From an uncultured Acidobacteriota bacterium (GTDB lineage: Bacteria; Acidobacteriota; Vicinamibacteria; Vicinamibacterales; CAVVIG01): a stretch of DNA of 64,000 nt. The stretch is taken from contig CAVXGU010000003.1 in assembly GCA_963761615.1 (NCBI GenBank), forward strand, positions 2,657,336-2,721,335, written 5' to 3'. Of this stretch, positions 1 to 8,959 are shown piece by piece. Position numbers and translations under genes: made by a program. Under the pieces are notes generated by a model. It ran no database searches and was not told the DNA's origin. It saw only the letters and a list, made by a program, of their open reading frames with translations. Position 1 is the stretch's first letter. Each line of letters opens with the position of its first letter.

Positions 1-169
1 AGGCCCCCGGGACGCGCACGAGCGTCACGTCGGCCTCCGCCACGCCCGCCGCCGCGAGGGCGGCGCGCGCACCGGTCGCCAGCCGGTCGGTGACGAACTC
101 GTGGTACCGCGACACCACGATCGCGACCCGCAGCCCCGAACCCGATTGTGAACCTTCAATCGTTGGCAT
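1..169 (-). CDS. ribH: 6,7-dimethyl-8-ribityllumazine synthase, N-terminal part (gene continues past the left edge)
   Basis: The reverse-strand ATG at 169..167 opens MPTIEGSQSGSGLRVAIVVSRYHEFVTDRLATGARAALAAAGVAEADVTLVRVPGA. This matches the RibH N-terminal pattern (hydrophobic strand, RxxxxIT, VPGA). Confidence 0.8.
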   Translation of the reverse strand, partial: MPTIEGSQSGSGLRVAIVVSRYHEFVTDRLATGARAALAAAGVAEADVTLVRVPGA

Positions 170-177
170 GAATCACT

Positions 178-219
178 GGCGGCGGGGGCCGACCCTCACC
201 GCGAACTGACGCCGATGCC
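178..219. repeat. 42-nt direct repeat, copy A (intergenic, upstream of ribH)
   Basis: ggcggcgggggccgaccctcaccgcgaactgacgccgatgcc recurs 102 nt later at 280..321 with 39/42 identity. Confidence 0.85.
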
Positions 220-279
220 TCGCCTCGGATCTCCATGTCCTCGACTCGGCATGGCCGCAGGCGCCCCGCGCTCCTCATG

Positions 280-321
280 GGCGGCGGGGGCCGACCCTCA
301 CCGCGAACTCGTGCCGATGCC
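280..321. repeat. 42-nt direct repeat, copy B
   Basis: ggcggcgggggccgaccctcaccgcgaactcgtgccgatgcc has 3 mismatches to copy A. It lies 9 nt after the crotonase stop codon. Confidence 0.85.
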
Positions 322-329
322 CGCCTGGC

Positions 330-1112
330 CTACCTGCCCTCGAACCTCGGCTTTCGCTTCTCGACAAACGCGCGCATGCCTTCCCGGCTGTCCTCGGTCG
401 CCATTGCCAGACCGAACAGCGACGCCTCGAGGGCGCAGGCCTCCGCGAGCGGCAGGTCGAGGCCACGTCCGACCGCCTCCAGGATGTACCCGACGGCAAC
501 GGGCGCCTGCGCAGCCAGCTTCTCCGCCAGCGCGCGGGCCTCCGCCAGCAGCCGATCGGCAGGCACGACGTGATTGACGAGCCCGAGGCGCTCGGCGTCG
601 GGCGCGAGGATCGGCGCGCCCGTCAGGAGCAGCTCGAGCGCGCGCGTCCGTCCGACGAGCCGCGTGAGGCGCTGTGTCCCGCCGTAACCGGGGATGATGC
701 CGAGCGTGATCTCGGGCTGGCCCAGCCGGGCCGTATCCGCGGCCACGCGCAGCGTGCAGGCCATCGCCAGCTCGCATCCGCCGCCCAGGGCATAGCCGTT
801 GATCGCTGCAATGACCGGCTTACCCAGGCGCTCGATCCGCTCGAACAGCGCCTGGCCGGCCAGGGCGACCTCTCGCGCCGCGGCCGGACCGAGCGCCGCC
901 AGTTCCTTGATGTCGGCGCCGGCCACGAACGACTGGGGCCCGGCGCCGGTGACGATCGCCGCACGGACCTCGGCATCGGCGGCAATCGCCGCGAACGCCT
1001 CGCCGAGCTCGGCAATGGTCCGCGCGTTGAGCGCGTTCAGCACGGTCGGACGGTTGATCGTGACCGTCACGACGGCCCCCGCGCGTTCGACGATGAGGGT
1101 CTCGAAGGCCAT
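330..1112 (-). CDS. enoyl-CoA hydratase/isomerase (crotonase family)
   Basis: 260-aa ORF. It has VVTVTINRP..LNAL, FVAGADIKEL and PVIAAINGYALGGGCELAMACTLRVA, which are the crotonase-fold oxyanion-hole motifs. Confidence 0.9.
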   Translation of the reverse strand: MAFETLIVERAGAVVTVTINRPTVLNALNARTIAELGEAFAAIAADAEVRAAIVTGAGPQSFVAGADIKELAALGPAAAREVALAGQALFERIERLGKPVIAAINGYALGGGCELAMACTLRVAADTARLGQPEITLGIIPGYGGTQRLTRLVGRTRALELLLTGAPILAPDAERLGLVNHVVPADRLLAEARALAEKLAAQAPVAVGYILEAVGRGLDLPLAEACALEASLFGLAMATEDSREGMRAFVEKRKPRFEGR

Positions 1113-1117
1113 GGGCG

Positions 1118-1294
1118 TCAGAGCGGGAACGGGTACATGAGCCAGCCGAGCACGATGGCGGTCAGCAGGAAGGCCCCGAAGATGATCCCGCCCAGGCGCA
1201 GCTGCTCGCGCGGGGTGTCGTGAGCCAGCACGGAGAAGACGAGCGACACGAAGAACGCAAAGACGACGAGGAGCGTGAAGTGGCTGTGTATCAC
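1118..1294 (-). CDS. small two-helix membrane protein (hypothetical)
   Basis: A GTG at 1294 overlaps the upstream stop (GTGA). The 58-aa product VIHSHFTLLVVFAFFVSLVFSVL...GGIIFGAFLLTAIVLGWLMYPFPL has two hydrophobic helices. Confidence 0.5.
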   Translation of the reverse strand: MIHSHFTLLVVFAFFVSLVFSVLAHDTPREQLRLGGIIFGAFLLTAIVLGWLMYPFPL

Positions 1295-1659
1295 TTCCGC
1301 CCCATCGCGATGTCGAACGCGTCGATGACCACCAGCACGTTCAGCAGGCCGGCGACGATCAGGAACGCGTTTCCATATTCGTACGTGACGGCGCGCACCT
1401 GGCCGGCGCCCCAGCCGAAGGCGCGCGCGAGGAAGTAGGCCACGCCGATGCCCATGTTGGCGAACGCCTCGAGCGCCACCAGCGGATCGGACGGCATCAC
1501 GGGAAAGAGGCGCCCTTCGATGGCGAGGCCGAAGGCGAACATGACCAGGAGCGCGACGAGGAAGATCAGACCCTTCGACCGGCGCCCGAGCCACAGGTGG
1601 CCGGCGCCGGGAACGGCCCAGGCCGCCGCGCACAGGAGCACGAGGCCGCTGGTGTCCAT
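1291..1659 (-). CDS. integral membrane protein (hypothetical)
   Basis: An internal ATG at 1659 gives 122 aa: MDTSGLVLLCAAAWAVPGAGHLWLGRRSKGLIFLVALLVMFAFGLAIEG.... There are 3-4 predicted TM helices. The upstream part of the 424-aa ORF is Arg-rich noise. Confidence 0.6.
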   Translation of the reverse strand: MDTSGLVLLCAAAWAVPGAGHLWLGRRSKGLIFLVALLVMFAFGLAIEGRLFPVMPSDPLVALEAFANMGIGVAYFLARAFGWGAGQVRAVTYEYGNAFLIVAGLLNVLVVIDAFDIAMGRK

Positions 1660-1748
1660 CCGCTTGACGACAGGAGCGCGCACGCCCCGGTAGTTTACCT
1701 TAGACAAATTGCGCCACGCAGGATCCGCACCGAACCGCCGGCCCGCGC

Positions 1749-2708
1749 CTAGCCGGCGTGCGCATCCTCGGCCGCCTCGGCGATCGGACCGAAGTGCGCT
1801 TCGTAGCGCTGCTGGAACTCGCGCCACGTGTACGCGTGGCTCTGGCCGCCGAGGTGCTCGAGGGCGTAGGTCGCCGCCACGCTGCCGATCTGGGCACAGC
1901 GGTCGTAGGGCAGCCCCATCGCCAGGCCCTTCATCAGGCCGCCGCGGTACGCGTCGCCCACGCCGGTGGGGTCCACCACCCTCGTGGCCTGCACGGCCGG
2001 GACATCCTGGCGCCCTCCGCGCGTGAACACGGTCGATCCGTGCTCGCCGCGGGTGACGATCAGCGCGGAGGCGGACTCGACCAGGTCGGACTCGGCGAGG
2101 CCGGTCTTCTGGCGCAGGAGCTCGAGCTCGTAGTCGTTGCAGATCACCATCGTCGCGCCGATGGCGCCGGCCCTCAGCTCCTCCCCCGACATCCGCGCGC
2201 ACTGCTGGCCGGGGTCGAAGATGTACGGAATCCCCATCGTGCGGCACTCCTCGGCGTACTGGACCATCGCCCCGGGATCGTTGGGCGACACGATCGCCAG
2301 CCCGCAGTCCGCGATCGTGCGGAACGAGAGCATGCCGGCGTCCGCCATCGCCCCGGTGTAGAAGGACGCAATCTGGTTGTTCGCCTCGTCGGTGCTGCAG
2401 AAGAACGAGGCGCAGAACTTCCCGTCGATCACCCGCACCTGCGACGTATCGACGCCGGCGGCTTCGAGCCAGCTCGCGTACTCGCCGAAGTCCTCGCCGG
2501 CAGTCGCCATGATGATCGGCCGCTCGCCGAGCAGCGCCAGCGTGTAGGCGATGTTCGGGGCGCACCCTCCGCGCCGCTTGTCCATCGAGTCGACCAGGAA
2601 GCTGAGACTCACACGGTTCAGGTGGTCCGGCAGGAAGTGCTCGGTGAACTTCCCCGGAAACGACATCAAGTAGTCGAAGGCGATCGAACCGGTCACGACA
2701 ATGTTCAT
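1749..2708 (-). CDS. PfkB-family carbohydrate/nucleoside kinase (adenosine kinase-like)
   Basis: The start is MNIVVTGSIAFDYL. The C-terminal motif DPTGVGDAYRGG is typical of the PfkB/ribokinase family. It is adjacent to mtnP. Confidence 0.8.
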   Translation of the reverse strand: MNIVVTGSIAFDYLMSFPGKFTEHFLPDHLNRVSLSFLVDSMDKRRGGCAPNIAYTLALLGERPIIMATAGEDFGEYASWLEAAGVDTSQVRVIDGKFCASFFCSTDEANNQIASFYTGAMADAGMLSFRTIADCGLAIVSPNDPGAMVQYAEECRTMGIPYIFDPGQQCARMSGEELRAGAIGATMVICNDYELELLRQKTGLAESDLVESASALIVTRGEHGSTVFTRGGRQDVPAVQATRVVDPTGVGDAYRGGLMKGLAMGLPYDRCAQIGSVAATYALEHLGGQSHAYTWREFQQRYEAHFGPIAEAAEDAHAG

Positions 2709-2745
2709 GGAATCCCCAAATTGTGCAGCGTCCGTCCCCGGCACC

Positions 2746-3618
2746 CTACGGCATGTACTTCCCGATGATTGGCTGCAGCGCCTTCTTCGTCGCCTCGGGG
2801 ACCGCTTCCGGCCGCGTGATGATGGCCTGCGCCAGCGCGTCCTTGCAGGGGCACGTGCGCGGTCCCGAGAGGCGTCCCACGGCTTCGGCAATCGCCTTCT
2901 GGGCCGTCGAGGCGTTCTGCAGCAGGTTCGCCACGATCAGGTCGACGGTCACCGCGTCGTGATCGGGATGCCAGCAGTCGTAGTCGGTCACGAGCGCCAG
3001 CGTCGCGTAGCAGATCTCGGCCTCGCGGGCGAGCTTGGCTTCCTGCAGGTTCGTCATCCCGATGACGTCCATGCCCCACGAGCGATACAGCCGCGACTCG
3101 GCGAGGGTCGAGAACTGGGGCCCCTCCATGTTCACGTAGGTCCCGCCGCGGTGCACGGTCGCGCCGACGGCCTCGACCGCATCCGCCGCGATGTCCGACA
3201 GCACGGCGCAGACCGGGTGCGCGAACGCGATGTGCGCCACCAGGCCGCGGCCGAAGAAGGTGCTCACGCGCCCCTTGGTGCGATCGAAGAACTGGTCGGG
3301 CACGACGATGTCGAGCGGCTTGAGATCCTCCTTGAGGCTGCCGACCGCGCTCGCCGACAGGATCCGCTCGACGCCGAGCGTCTTGAAGCCGTAGATGTTG
3401 GCGCGGAAGTTGAGCTCCGACGGCGAGATGCGGTGGCCCTTGCCGTGGCGCGCCAGAAAGGCGACGCGCTTGCCGCGCAGGGTCCCCGTCAGGTAGGGGC
3501 CCGACGGATCGCCGAACGGCGTCGTGACGGTCTCCTCCTTGCGATCCGTCAGCTCCGCCATGTCGTACAGCCCGCTTCCTCCGATGATTCCGATCTCGAT
3601 GTTCACGGCGGTCCTCAT
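2746..3618 (-). CDS. mtnP: S-methyl-5'-thioadenosine phosphorylase
   Basis: 290 aa with [30 protein letters not shown] and [30 protein letters not shown], typical of the MTAP/PNP family. Confidence 0.9.
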   Translation of the reverse strand: MRTAVNIEIGIIGGSGLYDMAELTDRKEETVTTPFGDPSGPYLTGTLRGKRVAFLARHGKGHRISPSELNFRANIYGFKTLGVERILSASAVGSLKEDLKPLDIVVPDQFFDRTKGRVSTFFGRGLVAHIAFAHPVCAVLSDIAADAVEAVGATVHRGGTYVNMEGPQFSTLAESRLYRSWGMDVIGMTNLQEAKLAREAEICYATLALVTDYDCWHPDHDAVTVDLIVANLLQNASTAQKAIAEAVGRLSGPRTCPCKDALAQAIITRPEAVPEATKKALQPIIGKYMP

Positions 3619-3627
3619 TTCTCACTG

Positions 3628-3651
3628 GCGCCGGGGCCTCACCCCCGGCGC
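3628..3651 (-). terminator. GC hairpin between the epimerase-fusion gene and mtnP
   Basis: gcgccgggg (3628..3636) pairs perfectly with ccccggcgc (3643..3651) across a 6-nt loop. There is no clear U-tract. Confidence 0.4.
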
Positions 3652-3670
3652 GGACTGACTCATACGCGAT

Positions 3671-4945
3671 CTATTTGGCCGGCTCGGCCTCCACCCGAGG
3701 CGTCCCGCCGTCGTCCACGATCCGCCCGGCGGCGACGTCGGGATCGTGATCGAAGAGCACGAGCAGCCGGCGGTCGATGGCCTCGCGCACGAACGCCTTC
3801 TTGGCGGCCAGCGTCTCGACGGGATACAGGTCGTAGCCCATGATCCACGCCGCCGCCAGGTGCGCACGCGTCGGCGCGAGATCCGCCATGTAGACCGCGC
3901 GAACGCCCTGCGACTCGATCATCACCATCTGGTGATCGCGCGTGTGCCCCCCGGTGCGGCGGACCCGCACGCCCGGCATGATCATGGCGTCGTCATCGAC
4001 CAGCTGGAGCACGCCCGCCTCGGCGAGCGGCGCGAAGTTGTCGGCGCGGTAGCTCGCCTGGTTCCGCTCGTGCGGGTGTGTCGCGTCCTCCCACTCGCCC
4101 CGCCGCACGATGTACTGGGCCCGCGGGAACCTCGGCCGCAGGCGTCCGGAGGCATCCCGCCGCGTGAAGCCGCCCGAGTGGTCGAAGTGCAGGTGGGTGG
4201 CGAGCACGATGTCGATGTCCTCCGGCGCGAGGCCCGCCTCCTCGAGCGCGTGGTCGAGGTGGCGCGCGCGGTCCACGGCGTAGATGTCCTGGAACTTCGC
4301 CGTCTCCTTGTCGCCCAGGCCCGCGTCGACGATCATCGTCCTCGCCCCGCGGATGACGAGCGGGCGCATCGCCAGACGAATCCGGTTGCGGGCGTCTGGC
4401 GGCGCCGGCTTCTCCCAGAACGTCTTCGGGATCACGCCGAACATCGCCCCGCCGTCGAGGCCGAAGAAGCCGTCGTACAGCGAGAGGAGCTCGAGGTCGC
4501 CCACGGCGTAGCGGCTGACCCGCAGGGGCTCGCGGACCGGCGCGGCCCTCGGCTGCTTCAGCTCGACCAGGACGCCGTTGGCACTGGCCGGATGGATGAA
4601 CGCGACGAGCGCGCCCTCGGCGCCCTGGCGCGGCTCGTCGTCCACCAGCCGGAGCCCGCGCGCGCGAACTGCGGCGAGTGCGGCCCGGATGTCCTCGACC
4701 CGCAAGGTGACGTGGTGCAGCCCCGGCCCACGCCTCGCAACGAACCTCGCGATCGGCGAGTCGGGCGTCGTCGCCTCGAGCAGTTCCAGGCTCGACCGTC
4801 CGACGGGGACGAAGTGGGCGCGCACGCCCTGGGACGCCACTTCCTCGGGCGGCTCGACGTCCAGCCCGAGCGCGTCGCGAAAGAAGGCCAGGGATGCGGC
4901 GAGGTCGGACACCGCGATGCCGATGTGATCGAGAGTCGCCTTCAC
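3671..4945 (-). CDS. fusion protein: methylmalonyl-CoA epimerase-like VOC domain plus MBL-fold metallo-hydrolase domain
   Basis: Single 424-aa ORF with a GTG start. The N-terminal roughly 130 aa (LDHIGIAVSDL...GPGLHHVTLRVEDI...GVLVELKQ) are VOC/epimerase-like. The C-terminal part carries LATHLHFDHSGG (the HxHxDH metallo-beta-lactamase motif). Confidence 0.8.
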   Translation of the reverse strand: MKATLDHIGIAVSDLAASLAFFRDALGLDVEPPEEVASQGVRAHFVPVGRSSLELLEATTPDSPIARFVARRGPGLHHVTLRVEDIRAALAAVRARGLRLVDDEPRQGAEGALVAFIHPASANGVLVELKQPRAAPVREPLRVSRYAVGDLELLSLYDGFFGLDGGAMFGVIPKTFWEKPAPPDARNRIRLAMRPLVIRGARTMIVDAGLGDKETAKFQDIYAVDRARHLDHALEEAGLAPEDIDIVLATHLHFDHSGGFTRRDASGRLRPRFPRAQYIVRRGEWEDATHPHERNQASYRADNFAPLAEAGVLQLVDDDAMIMPGVRVRRTGGHTRDHQMVMIESQGVRAVYMADLAPTRAHLAAAWIMGYDLYPVETLAAKKAFVREAIDRRLLVLFDHDPDVAAGRIVDDGGTPRVEAEPAK

Positions 4946-5061
4946 GTCAACCTGCTGCCATCACGAAGCCACCGAGCCCGCGAAGAAGCACGGAGACATA
5001 ACGTACAGGATTTTGATTCGGGTGTCTTCGGCGATGTCGTGCCGACGTCGGCCGGCCACGA

Positions 5062-6003
5062 TCAGCGGGGGCACGCGCGGCCCAGGAGGTCGTCGGCCGC
5101 CGTGTAGGGATCGATCTCGCGCGCGGCCACGCGCTCGACGATCGCGTCGAGCTCGCCGGGGCGGAGAACGCTCGTCGTCAGGTGCTCCATGAACCGCCGC
5201 GACACGAGGTCCTGCAGACGGTGCTCCGCGCGCACGCGCCGCCGCGTGTGGTCGAGCTCCGCGTGGCGGTCGCGGAACGCCTCGATCGCCGCGACGAGGT
5301 CGGCCACTCCGGCGCCGGTCGTCGCGACCGTCTTCACGATCGGCGGCCGCCACGCCGATGCCCCGAACGCGACGAGCGCCAGATTGGCTTCGACGGCGGT
5401 CACCAGCGCGTCGGCGCCGTCGCGGTCGGCCTTGTTGACGACGAAGACGTCGGCGATCTCCATGATCCCGGCCTTGAGCGCCTGCACCTCGTCCCCCGTG
5501 CCCGGCACGAGCGTGACGACGGACACGTCGGCGGTCCGGACGATCTCGATCTCGTCCTGACCCACGCCCACCGTCTCGATGAGGATCGTCCGGGCGCCCC
5601 ACGCGTCCAGTACGAGGGCCGCGTCCGCCGTGGTGCGCGCGAGGCCGCCCAGGTGTCCTCGCGTGGCCATGCTGCGGATGAACACGCCCTCGTCCTGCGT
5701 ATGGGTCTGCATCCGCAGGCGGTCGCCCAGGATCGCGCCACCCGAGAACGGGCTGGAGGGATCGACCGCGAGCACGCCCACCTTGCCGCGCCGGCGGAAC
5801 TCGACGGCCAGGCGATCGACGAGCGTGCTCTTGCCCGCGCCGGGCGGACCGGTGATCCCGACGAGGTACGCCGTGCCGGTGTCGGCGAAGATGCGCCGCA
5901 GGAGCGCCACCGCCCCGGGGCCCTCGTCCTCGACAATCGAGAGGGCGCGCGCCACGGCCCTCACGTCGCCCGCGCGCACGCGGTCCGCCAGCGCCGCCGT
6001 CAC
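5062..6003 (-). CDS. meaB: methylmalonyl-CoA mutase-associated GTPase MeaB/ArgK
   Basis: A GTG at 6003 overlaps the upstream stop (GTGA). It has [13 protein letters not shown] (P-loop), [12 protein letters not shown] and [10 protein letters not shown], which are the G3E GTPase motifs. Confidence 0.9.
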   Translation of the reverse strand: MTAALADRVRAGDVRAVARALSIVEDEGPGAVALLRRIFADTGTAYLVGITGPPGAGKSTLVDRLAVEFRRRGKVGVLAVDPSSPFSGGAILGDRLRMQTHTQDEGVFIRSMATRGHLGGLARTTADAALVLDAWGARTILIETVGVGQDEIEIVRTADVSVVTLVPGTGDEVQALKAGIMEIADVFVVNKADRDGADALVTAVEANLALVAFGASAWRPPIVKTVATTGAGVADLVAAIEAFRDRHAELDHTRRRVRAEHRLQDLVSRRFMEHLTTSVLRPGELDAIVERVAAREIDPYTAADDLLGRACPR

Positions 6004-7151
6004 GCGAGCAGCTGCCTGGCGATCACCAGACGCTGGATCTCGCTGGTGCCTTCGCCGATCGTGGTGAGCTTGACGTCGCGGAAGAACTTCTCCGCGGGAT
6101 AGTCCTTCACGAAGCCGTAGCCGCCGTGGATCTGGACGCAGTCGTCCGCCGCCCGGACCGCGATCTCGCTCGCATAGAGCTTCGCCATCGCCGACTCGCG
6201 CGTCGTCTTGACGCCGCGGTCCTTCATGTCGGCGGCCCGGTAGGTCAGGAGGCGCGCCGCCTCGATGCGGGTCGCATGGTCGGCCAACTTCCACTGGATC
6301 GCCTGAAAGCGGCTGATGCTCTGGCCGAAGGCGTGGCGATCGATCGCGTAGCGTCGGGCCGCCTCGAAGGCGCCCTGCGCGAGGCCGACCGACAGGGCCG
6401 CGATGCCGATGCGCCCCGCGTCGAGCACCCGCATCGCCTGCGAGAATCCCTGCCCCGCCTCGCCGATCAGCTGGCTGGACGGGATCCGGCAGTCCTCGAA
6501 GAGCACCTCGCTCGTGTCGCTGGCGCGCATGCCGAGCTTGTCTTCCTTCTTGCCGGCGGTGAAGCCCGGCGTGCCGCGCTCGACCACGAAGGCCGAGATG
6601 CCTCGCGAGCCGGCCGCGGGATCGGTGACGGCCATCACGACGAGCACGTGGCCGGCGCGGCCATGCGTGGTGAACGTCTTGGCGCCGTTCAGGAGCCATC
6701 CATCCCCGTCGCGCACGGCGGTCGTACGCATGCCGGCCGCGTCGCTGCCCGAGGTCGACTCGGTGAGCGCCCAGGCACCCACCTTCTCGCCTCGCGCGAG
6801 CGGCACGACGTGGGCGCGGCGCTGATCGTCGGAACCGAACGCCAGCAGGTGGGCGGTGCAAAGACCGTTGTGGGCGGCGACCGACAGCGCGACAGCAGGA
6901 TCGACCCGCGCCAGCTCTTCGATGCAGAGGCAGTAGTCGACGGCGGACATCCCGGCGCCACCCCAGGTCTCGGGCACCTGGATGCCCATCAGCCCGAGGG
7001 CGCCGAGCTTCGGCACGAGCTCGGACGGGAAATGCTGGGCGGCGTCCCACTCGCGGACGTGCGGCCCAATCTCGGCCTCGGCGAACTCGCGGACGCTCTG
7101 CCGGAGCAGGTCCTGTTCCGGCGTGAGGCGGAAGTCCATGTTCCGCTTCAC
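6000..7151 (-). CDS. acyl-CoA dehydrogenase
   Basis: 383 aa with [26 protein letters not shown] and QIHGGYGF...[25 protein letters not shown], typical of the short/branched-chain ACAD family. Confidence 0.9.
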   Translation of the reverse strand: MKRNMDFRLTPEQDLLRQSVREFAEAEIGPHVREWDAAQHFPSELVPKLGALGLMGIQVPETWGGAGMSAVDYCLCIEELARVDPAVALSVAAHNGLCTAHLLAFGSDDQRRAHVVPLARGEKVGAWALTESTSGSDAAGMRTTAVRDGDGWLLNGAKTFTTHGRAGHVLVVMAVTDPAAGSRGISAFVVERGTPGFTAGKKEDKLGMRASDTSEVLFEDCRIPSSQLIGEAGQGFSQAMRVLDAGRIGIAALSVGLAQGAFEAARRYAIDRHAFGQSISRFQAIQWKLADHATRIEAARLLTYRAADMKDRGVKTTRESAMAKLYASEIAVRAADDCVQIHGGYGFVKDYPAEKFFRDVKLTTIGEGTSEIQRLVIARQLLA

Positions 7152-7199
7152 TTTACCACTAGTGGTGCAGCCGGACGGGATGCGCCGCCCGCCGCGGGG

Positions 7200-7826
7200 C
7201 TAGCAGTACACCGTTACGCGGAAGCTGCCCCGGTTCTCCGGCCAGCGGTCGTCGTTGATCCCGAGATAGAGCCGGCCCGTCGCGCGGATCCGAATCGGTC
7301 CCTGGTCATCGCCGATGAAGAACGGATCGCTGCCGGCCCCGACCCGCCCGATGAGGGACCCGGCCGGGCGTGTCGGGATGGGACGCGCGGGGTTGTCGGG
7401 CGAGTTCTTCTCGCCGGCGGGACCGTCGTTGCGCCCGTCGCGCCAGCGCACCTTGCCGGTCGCCGTGAAGTAGACGACCTGCCCGGCGCGCACGTCGAGA
7501 CTGCTGTCGTTCCACGGCCGACGGCTGTCGACGTCCACGACGCGCTCGCGCAGGCCGCGCGGCCGCGCCGCCGGGGCGTCGCGGGCGTCGCGATCGTCGC
7601 GCGCGCCGTCGAGATCGATCGACCGCACCGCGTCGCGATCGACGTGAATCCGGTCCCGTCCGCCGAAGGGCCCGTTGCGCACGACCTCGAACTCGACATC
7701 GTCGTCGCGCACGGCAATCAGGCGGCCGTCGAGCCGGCGGCCGTCGCGCAGATAGAGGGTGTCCGCCGAGAGTACCCCCGTGCACAGCAGAGCGAGCACG
7801 GTGCCGGTCAACAGTCGAGCCTTCAT
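7200..7826 (-). CDS. exported hypothetical protein (C-terminal lectin-like beta-sandwich suspected)
   Basis: The signal peptide is MKARLLTGTVLALLCTGVLSA. An Asp/Arg-rich linker follows. The C-terminal VYFTATGKVRW...GRLYLGINDDRWPENRGSFRVTVYC resembles PA-IL/LecA-like domains; this is my recollection only. Confidence 0.55.
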   Translation of the reverse strand: MKARLLTGTVLALLCTGVLSADTLYLRDGRRLDGRLIAVRDDDVEFEVVRNGPFGGRDRIHVDRDAVRSIDLDGARDDRDARDAPAARPRGLRERVVDVDSRRPWNDSSLDVRAGQVVYFTATGKVRWRDGRNDGPAGEKNSPDNPARPIPTRPAGSLIGRVGAGSDPFFIGDDQGPIRIRATGRLYLGINDDRWPENRGSFRVTVYC

Positions 7827-7873
7827 CCTGGCGCTCCTGATGTGAAGGGACGTGCGTCAGCCCGAGTCATTCT

Positions 7874-8377
7874 ATGATGGGGCGGGGACAATCGATGACA
7901 CGGATACAGCGAATGGGACTCTGCGTCCTGGCGTGCACGCTGGCGGCCGCCCCGGCGCACGCGGACATCACGGGATTCATCGGGGCCAACACGACGCCGG
8001 CGAACCGCAGCGTCAGGGGCGTCGCCGTCGGCGGCGGTCTGCTGGTGGTGGGCTTCGAGTTCGAATACTCGACGACCACGGAGGACGCGGCGGCCAGCGC
8101 ACCGTCCCTCCGGACAGGGATGGGGAACGTCCTGCTGCAGACGCCGGTGGCGATCTTCGGCATCCAGCCGTACTTCACCATCGGCGCGGGGCTCTATCAC
8201 GAACGGCTGGGCAGTCAGTCCGACACCGGCTTCGGCACGAACACCGGCGGCGGCGCGAAGATCACCCTCGTCGGCCCGCTGAGGCTGCGCGTCGACTATC
8301 GCGTCTTCGTGCTGGGCAGCGGGGCGCAGGCCTCGCCTGCGCATCGGATCTACGTCGGCCTGAATCTGGGACTCTAG
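7874..8377 (+). CDS. outer-membrane beta-barrel protein (small porin/OmpW-like family)
   Basis: The signal peptide is ...MGLCVLACTLAAAPAHA. The product has alternating hydrophobic beta-strand periodicity and a C-terminal YVGLNLGL. The true start may be an internal ATG (7895 or later). Confidence 0.6.
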   Translation: MMGRGQSMTRIQRMGLCVLACTLAAAPAHADITGFIGANTTPANRSVRGVAVGGGLLVVGFEFEYSTTTEDAAASAPSLRTGMGNVLLQTPVAIFGIQPYFTIGAGLYHERLGSQSDTGFGTNTGGGAKITLVGPLRLRVDYRVFVLGSGAQASPAHRIYVGLNLGL

Positions 8378-8387
8378 GAGGTCGAGC

Positions 8388-8412
8388 GGGCAGGGCGCCC
8401 GCCCGACTGCCC
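8388..8412. terminator. bidirectional hairpin between convergent genes
   Basis: gggcag (8388..8393) pairs with ctgccc (8407..8412) with inner GGC/GCC pairs, followed by ttctgt. An outer 7-bp repeat gtcgagc/gctcgac lies at 8381 and 8429. Confidence 0.5.
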
Positions 8413-8434
8413 TTCTGTCGAAGATCGGGCTCGA

Positions 8435-8914
8435 CTACTTCGACAGGTCCGCGACCAGCTTCAGATTGACGAAGTTCTGCCCGGAAGCGTACGCGTCCGC
8501 GTACTGCTGGTACAGCTGCTGGACCTGATCCGGGAATCCCTCGGCCAGAATCGTCGACACCGTGTAGTCGGCGTTCGGCACGGCCGGGTCGATGATGAAC
8601 ACGTAGAGCACCGTGTTGTTGGCGGCCGGATCCGGGGACTTGAACACCTTCCAGCTCGCCGCCTGCTGCCGGCGTTCCGGCTTGTCGCTCTTCTGCAGGG
8701 CTTCCTTGAGCTTCTGAATCACCGCTTCGAAGTCGGCGGTCTTGTCGGGCTTGATGAAGTTGAGCACCATGCCGGCGTCCGACCCGAAGACACGCTTGGT
8801 CGCAGCGGCATCCTGTGCACGCGCGGGCAGGGCCGAGAGCACACAGGCGACAATCACGGCGGCAATCCATCCGCACCGGCCCGCGCCGGCGGGGACGATT
8901 GGGGTTCGAAACAT
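8435..8914 (-). CDS. exported hypothetical protein
   Basis: The ATG at 8914 is preceded by AAGGAGG at a 5-nt spacing. The product starts MFRTPIVPAGAGRCGWIAAVIVACVLSALPARAQD (signal peptide). I recognise no family. Confidence 0.6.
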   Translation of the reverse strand: MFRTPIVPAGAGRCGWIAAVIVACVLSALPARAQDAAATKRVFGSDAGMVLNFIKPDKTADFEAVIQKLKEALQKSDKPERRQQAASWKVFKSPDPAANNTVLYVFIIDPAVPNADYTVSTILAEGFPDQVQQLYQQYADAYASGQNFVNLKLVADLSK

Positions 8915-8959
8915 TGAGGCCTCCTTCGCCAAAGGGTGGTTACTTTAACGTACTCGGGG

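Noticed and set aside
169-329. Possible FMN (RFN) riboswitch upstream of ribH
   Set aside because: I could not find the conserved RFN core blocks (for example GGGGCAGGGTGAAATTCCC or ACCGGCGGT). The region is instead occupied by the 102-nt-period direct repeat.
6004-7050. Upstream extension of the meaB ORF (5062..7050)
   Set aside because: It overlaps the acyl-CoA dehydrogenase in another frame. MeaB homology starts at the GTG at 6003, which overlaps the ACAD stop.
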